Shown here: positions 39,501 to 52,600 of the stretch, piece by piece | Layout: each line of letters starts with the position of its first letter | Position numbering within the stretch: position 1 is the stretch's first letter | Source of the DNA: Paraphysomonas bandaiensis | Taxonomy: Eukaryota > Protista > Chrysophyceae | Length of the DNA stretch: 64,000 nt | NCBI GenBank assembly: GCA_965644295.1 | Contig: CBFFRP010000065.1 | Span: 136,799-200,798 of the forward strand | Reading direction: 5' to 3' | Program-made: the position numbers and the translations under genes | Notes under the pieces: model-generated | Database searches by the model: none | What the model saw: the letters and a program-made list of their open reading frames with translations, nothing else | What the model was told of the DNA's origin: nothing

Positions 39501-42500
39501 ATGTCTGTCCTATACATGTTCCCGGTATGGACGGAAAGATGGTTGGTTTAGTTCAGTCGGAGGGACCGACGAAAGTTTTAACAATATCTCCTGATGTAAA
39601 AGTACAAGTAATCGAGCTGCAATATGGAATTAACTTCACCAACGAACAATTACTGGCATTGGGAGATCTCGCCGATCGTGTGCGCACTGTTTTGACTGAT
39701 GGATTTAACAATCCCAACAGCCATTTAGGGAAGGATGTTATTCAAAACTTGCTATTAGACATGCAGGATCAAACGCTTAAAGATATTCGATTACGACATG
39801 AGCGATGCCTGAAAGTGTTAGCTGAGCAGTACGCTGAATTGGACATCGACGATTCAACACGACACTCCATATGGACCACGAATCCTCGTATTGACTCAAT
39901 TTTAGGGCCCGTTATCACGACGCAGAATACCATCATTGTGGAGGTCATTGAAGCCACTGGTTTAAAACCAGCAGTTCTTGGTGGCACGGACGAGACGTAC
40001 TGTGAAATTAAGATAAAAAATCAGAACTCTAAGCACAGGTAGATACATACTGTATTTTGCGATTTGCTGTCATTGTGTTGTTACAGTCGGCTACACGAAA
40101 AACTACAGAGTACTTATATCAATGATCAGACACTTGATCCATACTGGGTTGATCAAATATTCCTTTTCAGGGTTCCAGTTGATCCAGAAGAGTCCATACG
40201 AGGATATAATATTAGAGTGACAGTAAAAAGCCGATCGATTGTTGGTCTTGACACATTTTTAGGGCGTGCTGATATTCAGTTCAGTTGTTTGCACAAGGAA
40301 GAAGAACTGGTTGGTTGGTTTCCACTTAAGCCTAAGAGTTCTTCAGTGCAAACATCCCCAGAGTCACTACAAGTTAGCGGCTCTATTAAGCTAAGAATTC
40401 AGTGGGTTCATTCGGATAAAGGCCTGGTTAGTCATATTGACAAAGCGATTGGAAGGTGCGTTGCAAGAGTTGGCGTGTCCTTGCTTCGTATTATTTATCG
40501 TGTTTAATCAGGAGAAAAGAAGAGCTACTAGCTCATTTGCGCCGCCAACAAAGAGTTTTAAGACAGACCCAAAAACTCAATATTAACGTACCTGAGGTTC
40601 CCCAAAAACGGCTTCGCGTGACTCAACAGCACGATGGGTCATCACAATCTCTGCTTGGGGAATCGAGCCTATCTGACAGACGGTTGTACATATTTAATTG
40701 TATATGTCTAACAGTTAATTATGTGTATGTAGTCAACGTCCCACTCGACTATCGTTGATTCGACAGTCGAAATCCAGTGTAATTAGTTCTTCGGCTAATT
40801 TCCCTGACTGCGATGCGTTTTCTGCTGTGCACCGGTACGTTGATTACTACCGATTGGTGTTACAAAGCCCACGACATTTATTGAAACGCGCTGACACCAT
40901 GTGTCGGAGGAGAAACATCATCGCAGAAAATGAAGTATTTATGGAACGAGTTGAATCTGAAACATTTCGAAGTTTTACTCATGTCAATACAACGATGGGG
41001 CGGGTTGAAATCACACCCATTCAAGCACTAAACTTACCAACCTCAAGGTCAAATTCTAGCTCAGATAACCCAGTTTCTGTAAGATTTACCTATGGCGATG
41101 ATACTCAGAAAACTTTTAGTGCTCGTCCAACTGCACACCCTGTATGGCTGAACACTGAAAATGGTTTGGATAAGCAAGCAAGTGACCCTAGCGTTGACCC
41201 AAGTAAGAGATATTCCCGTAGTTTAGGGGCCTCTCGAAGTCCGAAGAAAACGTCTGCACCTCGTACTGTATACGATAATCTGACTGCTATATTTGATATT
41301 GATACATTGAACATAACGGGCAATATAGGCGTGTCTGTTCGTCAGCAAGCGTTTCCCAAGCATCGTGAAGTTTGCAGCCTTGAACTGCCTATTTTCAGCC
41401 TGCTGGACTGTATTTGCACCCTGAATCACGGAGCTACATATGACAGATGGTTTCCTCTCCGGATTTCAGCTGAATGTAAACCGATTGAAGGCGATATGGG
41501 AGCTTCACTACACCCTAATTCATCCGAGAAAATGTACAGTAATCTCTTTGAATATCACCCATGCATTCGTCTGCTGATTCGATGGCATGACTCATCTGAA
41601 ATGCGGCGTGATCGCCGAACATCAACAATGTATTGTCGAGTTCATGTCCCAGCCTTTTCTTTATCAATAATAGACTCTAATAGAGCTCGCGAAATTATGC
41701 AGATTGTAATAAGTGACATTGAAGGACGCCACTCAGATTCGCTTGAGTTCACAGAGAGTAGTTTAATTGTGTCATGGTTACAGGTGGACAATCAACTTCC
41801 AGAGCCGGTATCTCCTGTTATTGTGGCACCAACGTCTGTACTGCGACCGCAGCCTGCTTTACGGTTGCATATCAAGAAGAACAATATCCTTTCGCACGAG
41901 CATTTGGAGTCTTTTGAATTCATTCAATTAATTGTTCAAGAATTGGATTTGCATCTGGAACAGCAAACAGTGGTCGCGGTTTGGGAGTTTATACAAACTG
42001 TTATGACAACAATATCGACAAGGGTGAAAGATGATGATACTAATGGTGGTGACCATGAGCATGCGAATCGGCAGCCTCTCCACCATCCAGCTGCTGCGGA
42101 TACAGATATCGATAAAATATATGTTGATCACTTTTACATTGCCCCGATAATGATTAAAATATCTTTTATTATGACTCCTCAAGCCTTGTCAGGATCTAAT
42201 TCTCGTTCTGTAATAGGGAAGACTGGAAATTATGGCGGTGACATTCCAGTCGGAGAGCAATCGTCTGTGAATCTATTTTTGTGGCAAGTTGGAGAAGTGG
42301 TACTGGATTTAACATCAACCATATCGGACGCTCCTATTCGACTTAATGGTATGACTGTGAACCATCTGTTTAAAACTTGGAACGAAGTTACATCTATACT
42401 ACAAGATCATTACCTCAACACAGCATTGGGTCAAATGTATAGGATTGTTGGATCATTGGATTTGGTTGGTAACCCAGTGGGGCTATTATCTTCACTTGGT

Positions 42501-45500
42501 GTTGGTGTTCGCGATTTTTTCTACGAACCGGCATATGCATTGATATCAAGCCCAACAGAAATAGGTAAAATTGGAAAAGGGGTAGTGAAGGGTGCCGTTT
42601 CCCTTGCAAGTAATACAGCTGATGGTTTGTTGGGAACGGCTACCACAATGACACGGTCTGTTGGAAAAGGGGTTGCAGTTTTGACTATGGATGACATATT
42701 TCTTCGAAACAGAGATCGTTTGAATAAACAGCCCGAGAATGCAATGGGATTTGTGGTTAGGCCAGTGAAAGACATGGCGAATGGCATATACTGCGGTGTT
42801 GTCGGTGTAGTTCGAGTTCCTTATCATGGTGCCAAACGTCATGGAGTTGCCGGATTCGTCACTGGTGTGGGAAAAGGGGTTGCTGGTGTTGCTGCTAAGC
42901 CCGTTGTGGGTGTTTTGGATGCTATCACACATTCAGGTGATGGTGTTAGGTATGGGATGAAGGTGTTGATGAAGCGGAGTGGTTTGCCTGTGAAGAAACG
43001 ACGCTACTCGAATTTGTTTGGACCCGATGGCCGACTCATGCCGTACTCCTACACCACTGCATATGGGTCCCATATGCTACGACTTCAAGATCAGCTGTTC
43101 TGGGAGACTTCCACTAGCAGGGCGCGCCTTATGTCTCTCGGTCCAGACAATAGATCATTGAAGGATACTCCAGAAAACTCTTTCAAGCGCTTATCTAAAA
43201 GAAATTTGCTTGCTGAACCTCCCACGTCCAGACGGGGTGGTTCCATCATGGGATCTCTACTTGGTACTTCTGTTGATGATGACTCAGCGGCTCCAGCGTC
43301 GGCAATATCTGAACAATCGCAATTTTCTCTAATGAAAGCTCGACGTACCAGCTTGTCAATCGGCCATTCTTCAGATATGAATGAATTAGAATGTGTTGTA
43401 TACACGGCTATTATCAATAGATCCGTCGGGCACGATCAACTTGTAGTGGTGACAAATGTACGGGTAGTAGTTGGTGATTTTAAACGCGAAAAGAGTGGAA
43501 ATTCGGTAACGATTAATTGGCAGTGCAAAATCAGTGCTCTGAAAAGTGTATCACTAAATAGGATTCAAGGGTGCACGTCAACTTTGACTTTGATTGCATC
43601 TGTGATTTCTAAGTCAGCGATACGGCGACAAGATGCTGCAAGCGAGGCATCGATAAGCCTCAGTGGCGATTATGACGTACTGCGCGAATTACACAACTGT
43701 TTGAAGACTATAAAGTACAACTTTGATAGTATTATTCCTCTCTATGAAGGGGATGACACTTGGGAAGAAGATGAACATAATATCATTAGCATTGGCCCTT
43801 GGCAATATCTCCGTAGGCAGGTGAATGATGAAGATGAGTATGACAATGATGCTATTGTCGCTAAAATCAAAAGGCGAAAGTTGATGGAAGCCCTTGAGGT
43901 GTGCCCATGGGTAATAAATCCAGACCCCCAGAATGAAACAGGCGGAGATATTGCTACTTGGTTGCAGGATGATCGTGAAAATGTTATACAGGCTCACTCT
44001 AAAATCAAAGAGTACATGGATAAAGGAATAGCACGGATGAATGACACACCAAATGAACGAATGTGTAAGGAGCTATTGCGTACCGGAAAGGCTAATGGAT
44101 ATGAATTTGACGCTCTGATGGCGACAGCTGTCCGTGGAAAGGATCTACATCTTCCGTCATCGGCGTGTGAGGATTCCAACGCGAAGCAGGGTGGTAAAGC
44201 GAAGTCGCAAGGAATATCAGGCCCAAACCCCCTTGAGGTGGCGAGGAAGCTGCGGAACACTGTACGAAGAACTATAAGTCGATTTACTGCACCAACTGAC
44301 GCCGAATCCTGTGATTTACCCCCACATAGTCCCGTCTTGACGCACGCGGCATCAACGGGCAGCGCTCGAGGGCTTGGTAGCACCAAGTTGTTTGCCACTT
44401 TGAGCTCTGATAGTAATGCACTCGAGAACTCGCCTGTTTCAGGCGACGATAATGACGAAACTCGTGCTAGTCGAGCAGCATCACTTCCGACTCGCAGGTT
44501 TGTGCCGTACACAGCGGGCAACGGAAACTCTTTTGAAGAAAAATCAGATGATGATGTGCCATCGACTGTACTCAGTCTTGACGAGCGCACGCTGTCGAAT
44601 TCTTCCAACAAAGGTTTTAGCATTGTGTCAGGGTAAGTTTTTGTTTATATACTACAGGTTACTTATTGTTTTATAGATATGATAGCCCCGACGGGGGCGA
44701 AGCGCGGTTATCTGGAAGTCCACTGCTTTCATCGAAGAGAATTAGTGATGGTTTGCGAAAGACGGTTGCCCGATTTAGTTCGCAGTCTGCTTCCGAACCA
44801 CGGTTATCACCTTTGCCTCCTAATTCTCCGCACCCGTCTTCTGGTTCGGTAGAATCATCAGTAATTGGGGATCCACTGAAAAAACGAAACGGAACCGAAA
44901 AGACTCAACATAACGGCAGCACACCATTATCGATTTTCAGTCATGTTGAGGATGAGCAACCGGATGAGCAACTGGATGAAGTGGAGCCTGACTCTTCGTC
45001 GCCAGGGGCTACACATATAACTAGAGTGGCTTCGCTCCCAACTCTGATGGAAATAGTGGAGCATGATTCATGTGATGAGGTCAGTGATCGATCTGCCGAT
45101 GGTTTAATAACAAGAGAGGAAAGTCAAAGTCCTCCGATATCGATAAGATCAAAGAGCAAAGAAGTTAAGAACGATAAAAATTCACGTATGTCGAATGGAT
45201 ATTTTTCAGTTCCCGCACGAATACGCGACGATGAATATTCTCATACGAACCAGTTGGAGGACGGACATGGGTATGTTGATTACTTCATGATTTTGTAGTC
45301 TTGGTGGTAATCATTTCTTTCAGTGACATAGGGGATGTTATATCGGCTTTGAGTAACGGTAACGATATCTCACAGTGCGCGAGAAGGTGTTAACATTTGT
45401 TTGATAGTGACCGGAGATTCGACGAGAATGGTTGAGGTTATGGACAGACTCGGAAGAATGGAAAACCTTCTAACGTCTATAATACAGAGGTGGTATATTT

Positions 45501-45627
45501 CCTTCCTTCATGCTTGCCTAAATGTTAAAAAATTACTAGATCCTCAGTCAGCGCAGACATAAAATCTAGAGTGTTGGCAGAAGCGGAGAAGGAAGAAGAT
45601 ATTGAAGGTGTTAATGGGCGTGGATAG
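27527..45627 (+). CDS. VPS13: Giant VPS13-family lipid-transfer protein with PDZ and C2 domains
   Basis: Chorein-N start MAKAHLEKLIATHLGDYV...|IGIWEGDVRLRNL|...GFIGELRLQVPW; KAWWLYTI; YFNSMLKCWEPLVEPF; VAB repeats (IIENLLP, VYCPYWVVN, WSRPFTL, TKVIRFSPRFVVVN, YIWEDP); LQVDNQL; IVGSLDLVGNPVGL; Gly-rich ATG2_C-like helices. All ORF pieces join through canonical introns; the last exons are less certain. Confidence 0.93.
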
Positions 45628-48303
45628 TTGCGGTAGAGTTATCACGCCCTTTGTATATACATATGTAATTGTAGCAAAAACGATGGATAGATATATTTGC
45701 TGTTTGTCACTGTGTTTTTTTAAACTTTACGTAATCGTGGAAATTCAACGTTGCCACAATGATACTTGTATTCATATATCATCTATAACGTGGACTTTTC
45801 CCTGCATCATTCGAATAGTGTGTTAGACCGTACTCTTTATGAATTTCAGGCATCCGCCTTCCTCTGTTCAGTGGTTTTCAGACCTTTACAATCATGTTCT
45901 TGACGTATATACCATAGAACTTATAGTCAACATGACGTTTGTTACAACTGCATGGTTGCCGTAAACGAAATACTCTACATAAAAAGTCACATATTTCACG
46001 CATCCACCTAAGAAAGGATAGATGGATAGGGGAAAGATTCCATTGGTCCTTTGCCCTTGGCGAGTTTGCCCTTGTGCAATACATAGAGCTTTTTGTAATT
46101 TCTTTTCCATCATACTTTTACATTGTTGAACTATAAAACTTTGCATCTATATATCATGATAAGTGATACGTTCAGTATGATATATGTTTGAGGGCAGTTA
46201 AAAGCTGTATTTCTAAGGTATTTGAATTATGACCGTTACTTGAAGGATACAGTAGCGATTAACAGCATTACCTGAACAATACAATACCCCAGATGCATGA
46301 TTATTCGTCACAAGGCCAAAAGATGTCTACACAAATTACACTAATTACTGTCCCTTGTACTTTTCCCCGAGAACGTTATGAGTGGACGAACGTTATATGC
46401 TGTCTATGTTTGCGGTTCACATTAGTTTAATGAAGAAATCTCTCCGGTAGTTATCCCCCTGTGCAGCGGGGCTGCAAAACTATAGTATGTCTGCTTTGGA
46501 AGTGTCAGAGAGTGAGAAATGGTAACGCCTTGGCGTTAACTGTTCTTCCTGGGCATGTGATTGCTAGCTATGATTGGGAGCAAGCTGTACTTGAATGGAG
46601 TACGTGCTAGAAGTGAGACCTCTTGCTGGTGATATATATTGTGTATATTATTATATGTATGCTTGCATGTACACTACACTATGCCTTACACTGCATGTCA
46701 TCATTGTATTGATATTGCATTGTATGCATTTACACTTATTACTACATCTCCCACATAACTCACACTACACACATATGACATACATTATACATCTCATCAT
46801 TATAGCATACATGGCACACTACACACACCCCACACTATACACATATAACACTCTATGCTGTGTTGGTATTAATTCTTCTCTAGCTTCAGGTAGAAGGAAT
46901 TAGATATCAATATAGTGCATTCATATTCATCCATACCTTCTGCCATCTCTATATGTATGTGTATTACCATCTATATCCATCATCACACTCTTATCACCTG
47001 CATACTGTATGGCATATAGTACACGTGCTTGTATAAGATCCTAGTCTTGTCATAAGCACGGTCTGCATGTATACATGACATGGATATGACGTTTATATGG
47101 TATATGTACACATCGTATCACCTGAGGGCCCATTCATCTTGTCATGAGGCCATTGGTACTCTCTGTGTGGTCTTCATATTCCTGTGAAGAGCAGAGGACT
47201 CTAACTTCTTGCGTTCGTCATCATTGGAGTCGTGAATTGCCTCAGACATCTGTCATTATGGACTTGACTAGTGTGCCAAGTGTCATCGTCTATCTATTAC
47301 TGGTTATGGAGCGTTGGATGTATCTGCAATGAGCGTTAAGAGCATCAGCATCTTCAGTCTCTTCTCAACTGTTGTTTCTGTCGTATCTGTGTATGGTCTA
47401 TAGTACAGTGACGGTATATTGTTGAGTACAAGCATATGATTGGACGATATTCTCATTTTGGTGTGCTGGAGGCTCTGTTGGTTGGAGTTGGTCTTCATAG
47501 CATTCTACAGGAGTGTTCCAGAAAACTGATATGTCCACATAATCAACCAAATCTTGTGGAATCTTTTGTAGAATATTGTTCTAGATGTTATTGTGTGCTT
47601 CTAGATAGCTTGTAGAACATGAGTGGTTCTTTATGAGTTGTTTTGTGTTCTGCTTGCTGTTCAGTATTTTGTTAGAGTGCCTTACACCTTAACACGTAGT
47701 TGGAGGTGTCCAGTTATAAGAGCTTGGGGGTGCCTGAGCTATTGTAAGGCTATTAACTAGAGTATTCTCCTTCTTATTTTGTTTCATCATTCCTATATTT
47801 TCTTATTCATTTAGTCTTTTATAAGCTGCACCCGGTGTGATACCCCGGGTTTGGTCAAAGTAAATTTACTTCCGCAAAGCAGCAACAAGCAGATCTGCAC
47901 ATTGAAGTATAATACTCGGAATACTTATATTAATTAGCATATATAGGCTGCAGCAGCATAATAATGGATCCTACTAATATCCAGGACATTTTGCCTGCAT
48001 TCATGCAGCAGATAAGGCAAGAAACACAAGAGAACAATGAAAGGCTGACCAGAGAAACACAAGATAACAATGATAGGCTGACCAGAGAAATAAAAGAGAT
48101 TAATCAGAAAATGGACGTCAGATTTCAAGAAATACTCAACGCGATCGGGCAACAATTGAATAGCATTACAGAGCATACGGACAAGAAAATGGAACAGTTT
48201 CACAATGATATTACGGAGAGACTGGATACACTGGAAGCTAGAACAGCCATCCTGGAAGGAGAGAAAGAATTAACGGAGCAGCAGGACAGGGCAATTACCC
48301 ACC

Positions 48304-49045
48304 CGAGTGCGTCCAGGGAACGAAAGACCATTTTTATGAGGGAAGTGGAAGAGACCACGCACCTAGCGGAGAGAAGACTAGTAGTGGTGCAAGTGCCCAC
48401 GCCATCTCATTCACACATATTCCGCCAGGTCCATTAAATCTAGGAATATGTGTGAATGAGATGGCGTGGGCATTTGCACCACTACTTGTCTTCTCTCTGC
48501 TAGGTGCGTGGTCTCTTCTGATTTTTGGTGTGCATGGAGCAATGACTCTCATACTTCGGAATCCCCTACATTGCAGCGCGTGCATCACCTACTGAGTTTG
48601 AGTAGCTAGAGATTTTCAACAGATTTTAGGAGAGGAGATCAAACCCACCCCTAACCATTTGCAGCTCACACCAACGGAGTGTTTAGTTCAGGTTCACAAT
48701 GCCCAGGTCGGACACTGGGGAGAGCGCGAGACCTGGAGAAGACTGAACAGGGACTTCATTGGGCACGGCATATCCCAGCGAAAAATTAAGGACTATATAG
48801 ACAGATGCGCAAATTGCCAGAAGTCCAGGAGGGAGATGAAAACTCGGCTGATTCCTGTGCAGAGACACTTGAAACCTCCATCACACAGGACTGCAATTGG
48901 TATAGATGCATTAGCTATTACACCCCAGGGAACGAGTGCGTCCAGGGAACGAAAGACCATTTTTATGAGGGAAGTGGAAGAGACCACGCACCTAGCGGAG
49001 AGAAGACAAGTAGTGGTGCAAATGCCCACGCCATCTCATTCACAC
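48304..49045 (+). repeat. 113-bp direct repeat (48304-48416 and 48933-49045)
   Basis: Both copies encode SASRERKTIFMREVEETTHLAERRxVVVQxPTPSHSH, with two substitutions between them. Confidence 0.95.
48348..48518. repeat. 76-bp inverted repeat with 19-nt loop
   Basis: 48348-48423 is complementary to 48443-48518 at 73/76 positions. Confidence 0.95.
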
Positions 49046-49679
49046 CCCAGAACACCACGAAAGGGTGCGAGCCCGACTATGTTATACCTCAACCATAAGA
49101 ATTCTAAAATTTATTTTTAACATCACTTATAAACCTCAATAAGAAATCTTTTTTGTTGTGTATCACTTTCTAACTATATATATATCATATTCTTATCACT
49201 ATATTCTATATTCTATATATGAATGAAATTGGAAAACTCTGGTCTAGTTGTTCTTTTAGGCTATGAGCGAATAATAGAGGGATAAATGCAAGCTATATAG
49301 AGCATCACTGACACATGTAAGGGACGATGACAGCTGTTTCCTAGCAATCTACCCTATTTTAACTTCCACTCTTTCTGCGTCAACAGATCTTTACAAAAAT
49401 TGCTTGACATGACGACGTTAAAACTTGTTGGTAATATTGCAGTACTACCATGGCAATAAATATAACTCAAAAGTTACTATTTCACAATAAAATATAGTTA
49501 TTATTACAGTGTTTATCGTCTGCATCGCAGCATGTATTTCGAATAACCAATTGATACAAGCATGTATTTCAAGCACACCATAACTAATTCTCAATGGCCC
49601 GTATGTCAACTCCATATAAGAGTGACAGAATAGATAACTACATTATATCTAGATAACACACGACGCGGCGATAAATCTA

Positions 49680-52600
49680 TTACCCCGCAAAATCATCTTC
49701 AAATACCCAAAATTCAAACTGTGCACATGTAAACTGGTCCATAAAGCTTAATACACGGTTACCATAAGTATCAGACACAGCACTCATCCCATGAGACATG
49801 TCCTCATTCAGCATGAAAGCGAAGCCCTCGCCTCCACCACCCATACCAATGCTAAAGTTCGAAAAATACGCAAAAAGTTCATTCCTACGAGATATGTGAG
49901 GCATATCTTATCAGAGAATATAAACACCTTATATACCTTTCAGTCCACGGGTAAATCTTTGTGCACGGCAGTGCCTTAAATACGAAACTATCCCCAGAAC
50001 CGAAATAGGCTTTGCTCGGTGACATGAACTCTCCGTTAACAAACCCACCAAACACGTAACCCATTGTGTCTTGCACGACAAGCATACACGCCTTGTATGG
50101 TTTGGACAGCATAACATTGCTCAAATATATTAACGACGGCTTATCTTCTTCCAGGGAATATCTGATGTTGCAGTTTAGTCCCAGAACACTATCAGGAAAG
50201 CCCTGAGCTATCACATGAACTGCTGACTGTGACAATATTTTGCTCGCACGACCGACCATTCTGAATGGTTCAGAAGGAGTAACAATTCCATAGGACAGCC
50301 TCTCAACTGCTACTGTATGAATGGTGGACCTATACTCTTCTACCCTTTCCAGTACGAACGCACATACATCAGCCGTGTGTTTCAAACTCCATCGCTCATC
50401 CAAGCCAAGTAGATACTGAAGCACATGAAATCGAAGATTGTTTCTAACTGATTGAAGACTTGCAGAACCTTTTGAAGATGAAATTTCATCATAGTCCACC
50501 GCATGAGAGCACATGAGTCTACAAAGTAGCACCAAAAGCTCAATTTGTTCGTCAGAGCTGAAGGTATGTTCATTAACTCGCACACCAGATTGACGGTTAA
50601 ATTGATGGCTTCTTCTAGTAGGAAATGTGCTACCAGAATCAAAGTCACTGTTAAAAATAATATCGTTATATGCTCGTCCTGCTATGGCACGTATTTGCGT
50701 ATTCATGATATCATGGTACAGCTCCGTACGGCATGACACAGTCACGCTATCGAGAATCGGAATCCGACGCCGTACGACATCATTCAATAAATTTTTGTCC
50801 CCTGTTCCCACTGGAGGCAATGGTGGCACTTTCGGGTCATACTTAGTCTCGTCTTCAAAGACATTGAAGGTAGTGCTGGTATCACTGCAATCAGTACTGG
50901 ATATTATAGTCACGTCAGAAGAGGGTGTATGAACCGATCCCAGAAGGCGGAAGGCCACCTCGCAGCTTAGATCAATCCATCTCGCCAGAGCAACACATAT
51001 TTCATTTACTCTTTCTTCAGTCTGTTTGTTGTTTGCAGCAAGCATAATACGCACTGCTCCGAGGGGCACCATGAGTTCTGCATGAGGCACAGGTACAGAA
51101 ATAGGCGATTCATACTTGACAACCAGTGACGACACATGTCGCACAGAGTCTTCCAGAGGTTTGACCGGCCTATCATGAACTATATCACTCGATACTGACA
51201 AGCCACTGCTATTGTTTACACCATTATCGAGGAATAACTCGCCAAGAGACTTCAACTGAGGAACCTGACCGTAATAGTTACCGAAGTACTAAAACAATAC
51301 AGCAACATATTGTCAAATTCGTACCTTAAGAATAGAAGCTGTGGAAGCGCAAACGATTCTCATTGCCTGCGTTTCGTATGACTAGATATAATATGCTCTG
51401 GTAGATTACATACCGCTCTTACATTAGCCGAGGCTACGGCCTCTGTGAAACCATGCAGGATATGTTTTGCGATCTTATCGGTAGCCAAAGTTGTCGATGC
51501 GGAAAATATGTCTTTGAGAAAGTCATCAGAAGTCTGCCATGCTCCGAACATGCGAGTCTTATCAATCTCCTCCAGATCAGAATAATAATCCATTCTAAGC
51601 CGCATAGTGGGTGGACTGTCGGGTGGAATCGAAGGATAAGTGCAGGGAGCACTACAAGTGCATTTAGTTGGTGAGCAGTCACGCAAAAACTCTCTCAATA
51701 CTTTGTGTTGTAGCATTCTATTCAACCCAAGGAATGAGTTACTCGAGGGAATGTAAACCTATATATAAAATTAGAATGCACAGAAAGAAAGTGAACACTA
51801 CTCACGACAACTGGAAGATGGGTTCCACTTTCAGTGCTAATGTAGTCTCTTAGGGACAACGCACGGAGAATATTCTGGTAAGAAAGAGTACTAGAAAATA
51901 CTCCGACGCATTCCCTTAGACCAACAGGAATGCGACATACGCAGGAGTTCGACACCCCGGGTGGCAACTAAATCATGTCATGTCTAAATCATATAAGTTT
52001 CAATTCTTACCTTTATAGATTTCCCGTCCCACAGCAAACCGCAGCCGACAGGAAACATGAGTGGTGTGGTATCATCAATGGTAGATATGTCTGAGTCAAA
52101 GCGTAGAAAAGGTTGGCCCAGGAAATTCTGGTCCTGCGTCTCCGACTTAGATTCACTGCCGCGCGAGGATGACTCAACAGATGGTTCAGCGGCAGCTAGC
52201 GTTGCAGTGTGTTTCTCATACCATTCTGACGAAAACTTATCATTGATTGTATGCACTAGAAGTGTATTTGTCTCCAGCTGAGCGAGAAGTTGTGTCAATT
52301 CGCCAGCAGTAAATTCCTTCAAATACAGTCCTGGGGAGTCGTTTTGACTTTTTTTGGCATCACTCAAATCGGTCTCAAGATATTTTAACATCTTCTCTTC
52401 CTGATTCAATTGCAGTGAATCTGAAGTTTTCTTATGTTGATCCGCAGTCAAACGCGGAGGGAGAAATTCTTTGTAGCACGAGCTGCAACGGCAAAACATA
52501 GAATTCTCGACGTCATTTTGTATAGGAGCAGGGACATTATTGCAGCCCCACACGATGTCATGGGTTAAACTTTTCAGTGAGGAAGTCTCAAAATTATCAG

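Larger units (their letters stand above)
47964..49120 (+). mobile_element. Rearranged, non-autonomous Ty3/gypsy-like LTR retrotransposon remnant (gag-like N-terminus plus integrase Zn-binding fragment)
   Basis: ORF 48659-49120 has the integrase H2C2 motif VHNAQVGHWGERETWRRL...IKDYIDRCANCQK, followed by the start of the core (AIGIDAL). ORF 47964-48437 is an intronless coiled-coil gag-like ORF. No protease, RT or paired LTRs were recognised. Confidence 0.82.

Noticed and set aside
27750-45298. Treating the large + strand ORFs as separate genes
   Set aside because: They join in frame through short GT-AG introns and follow VPS13 domain order, so they form one gene.
45840-46150. Possible small minus-strand gene after VPS13
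   Set aside because: I could not build a coherent spliced model; at best a pseudogene or TE fragment.
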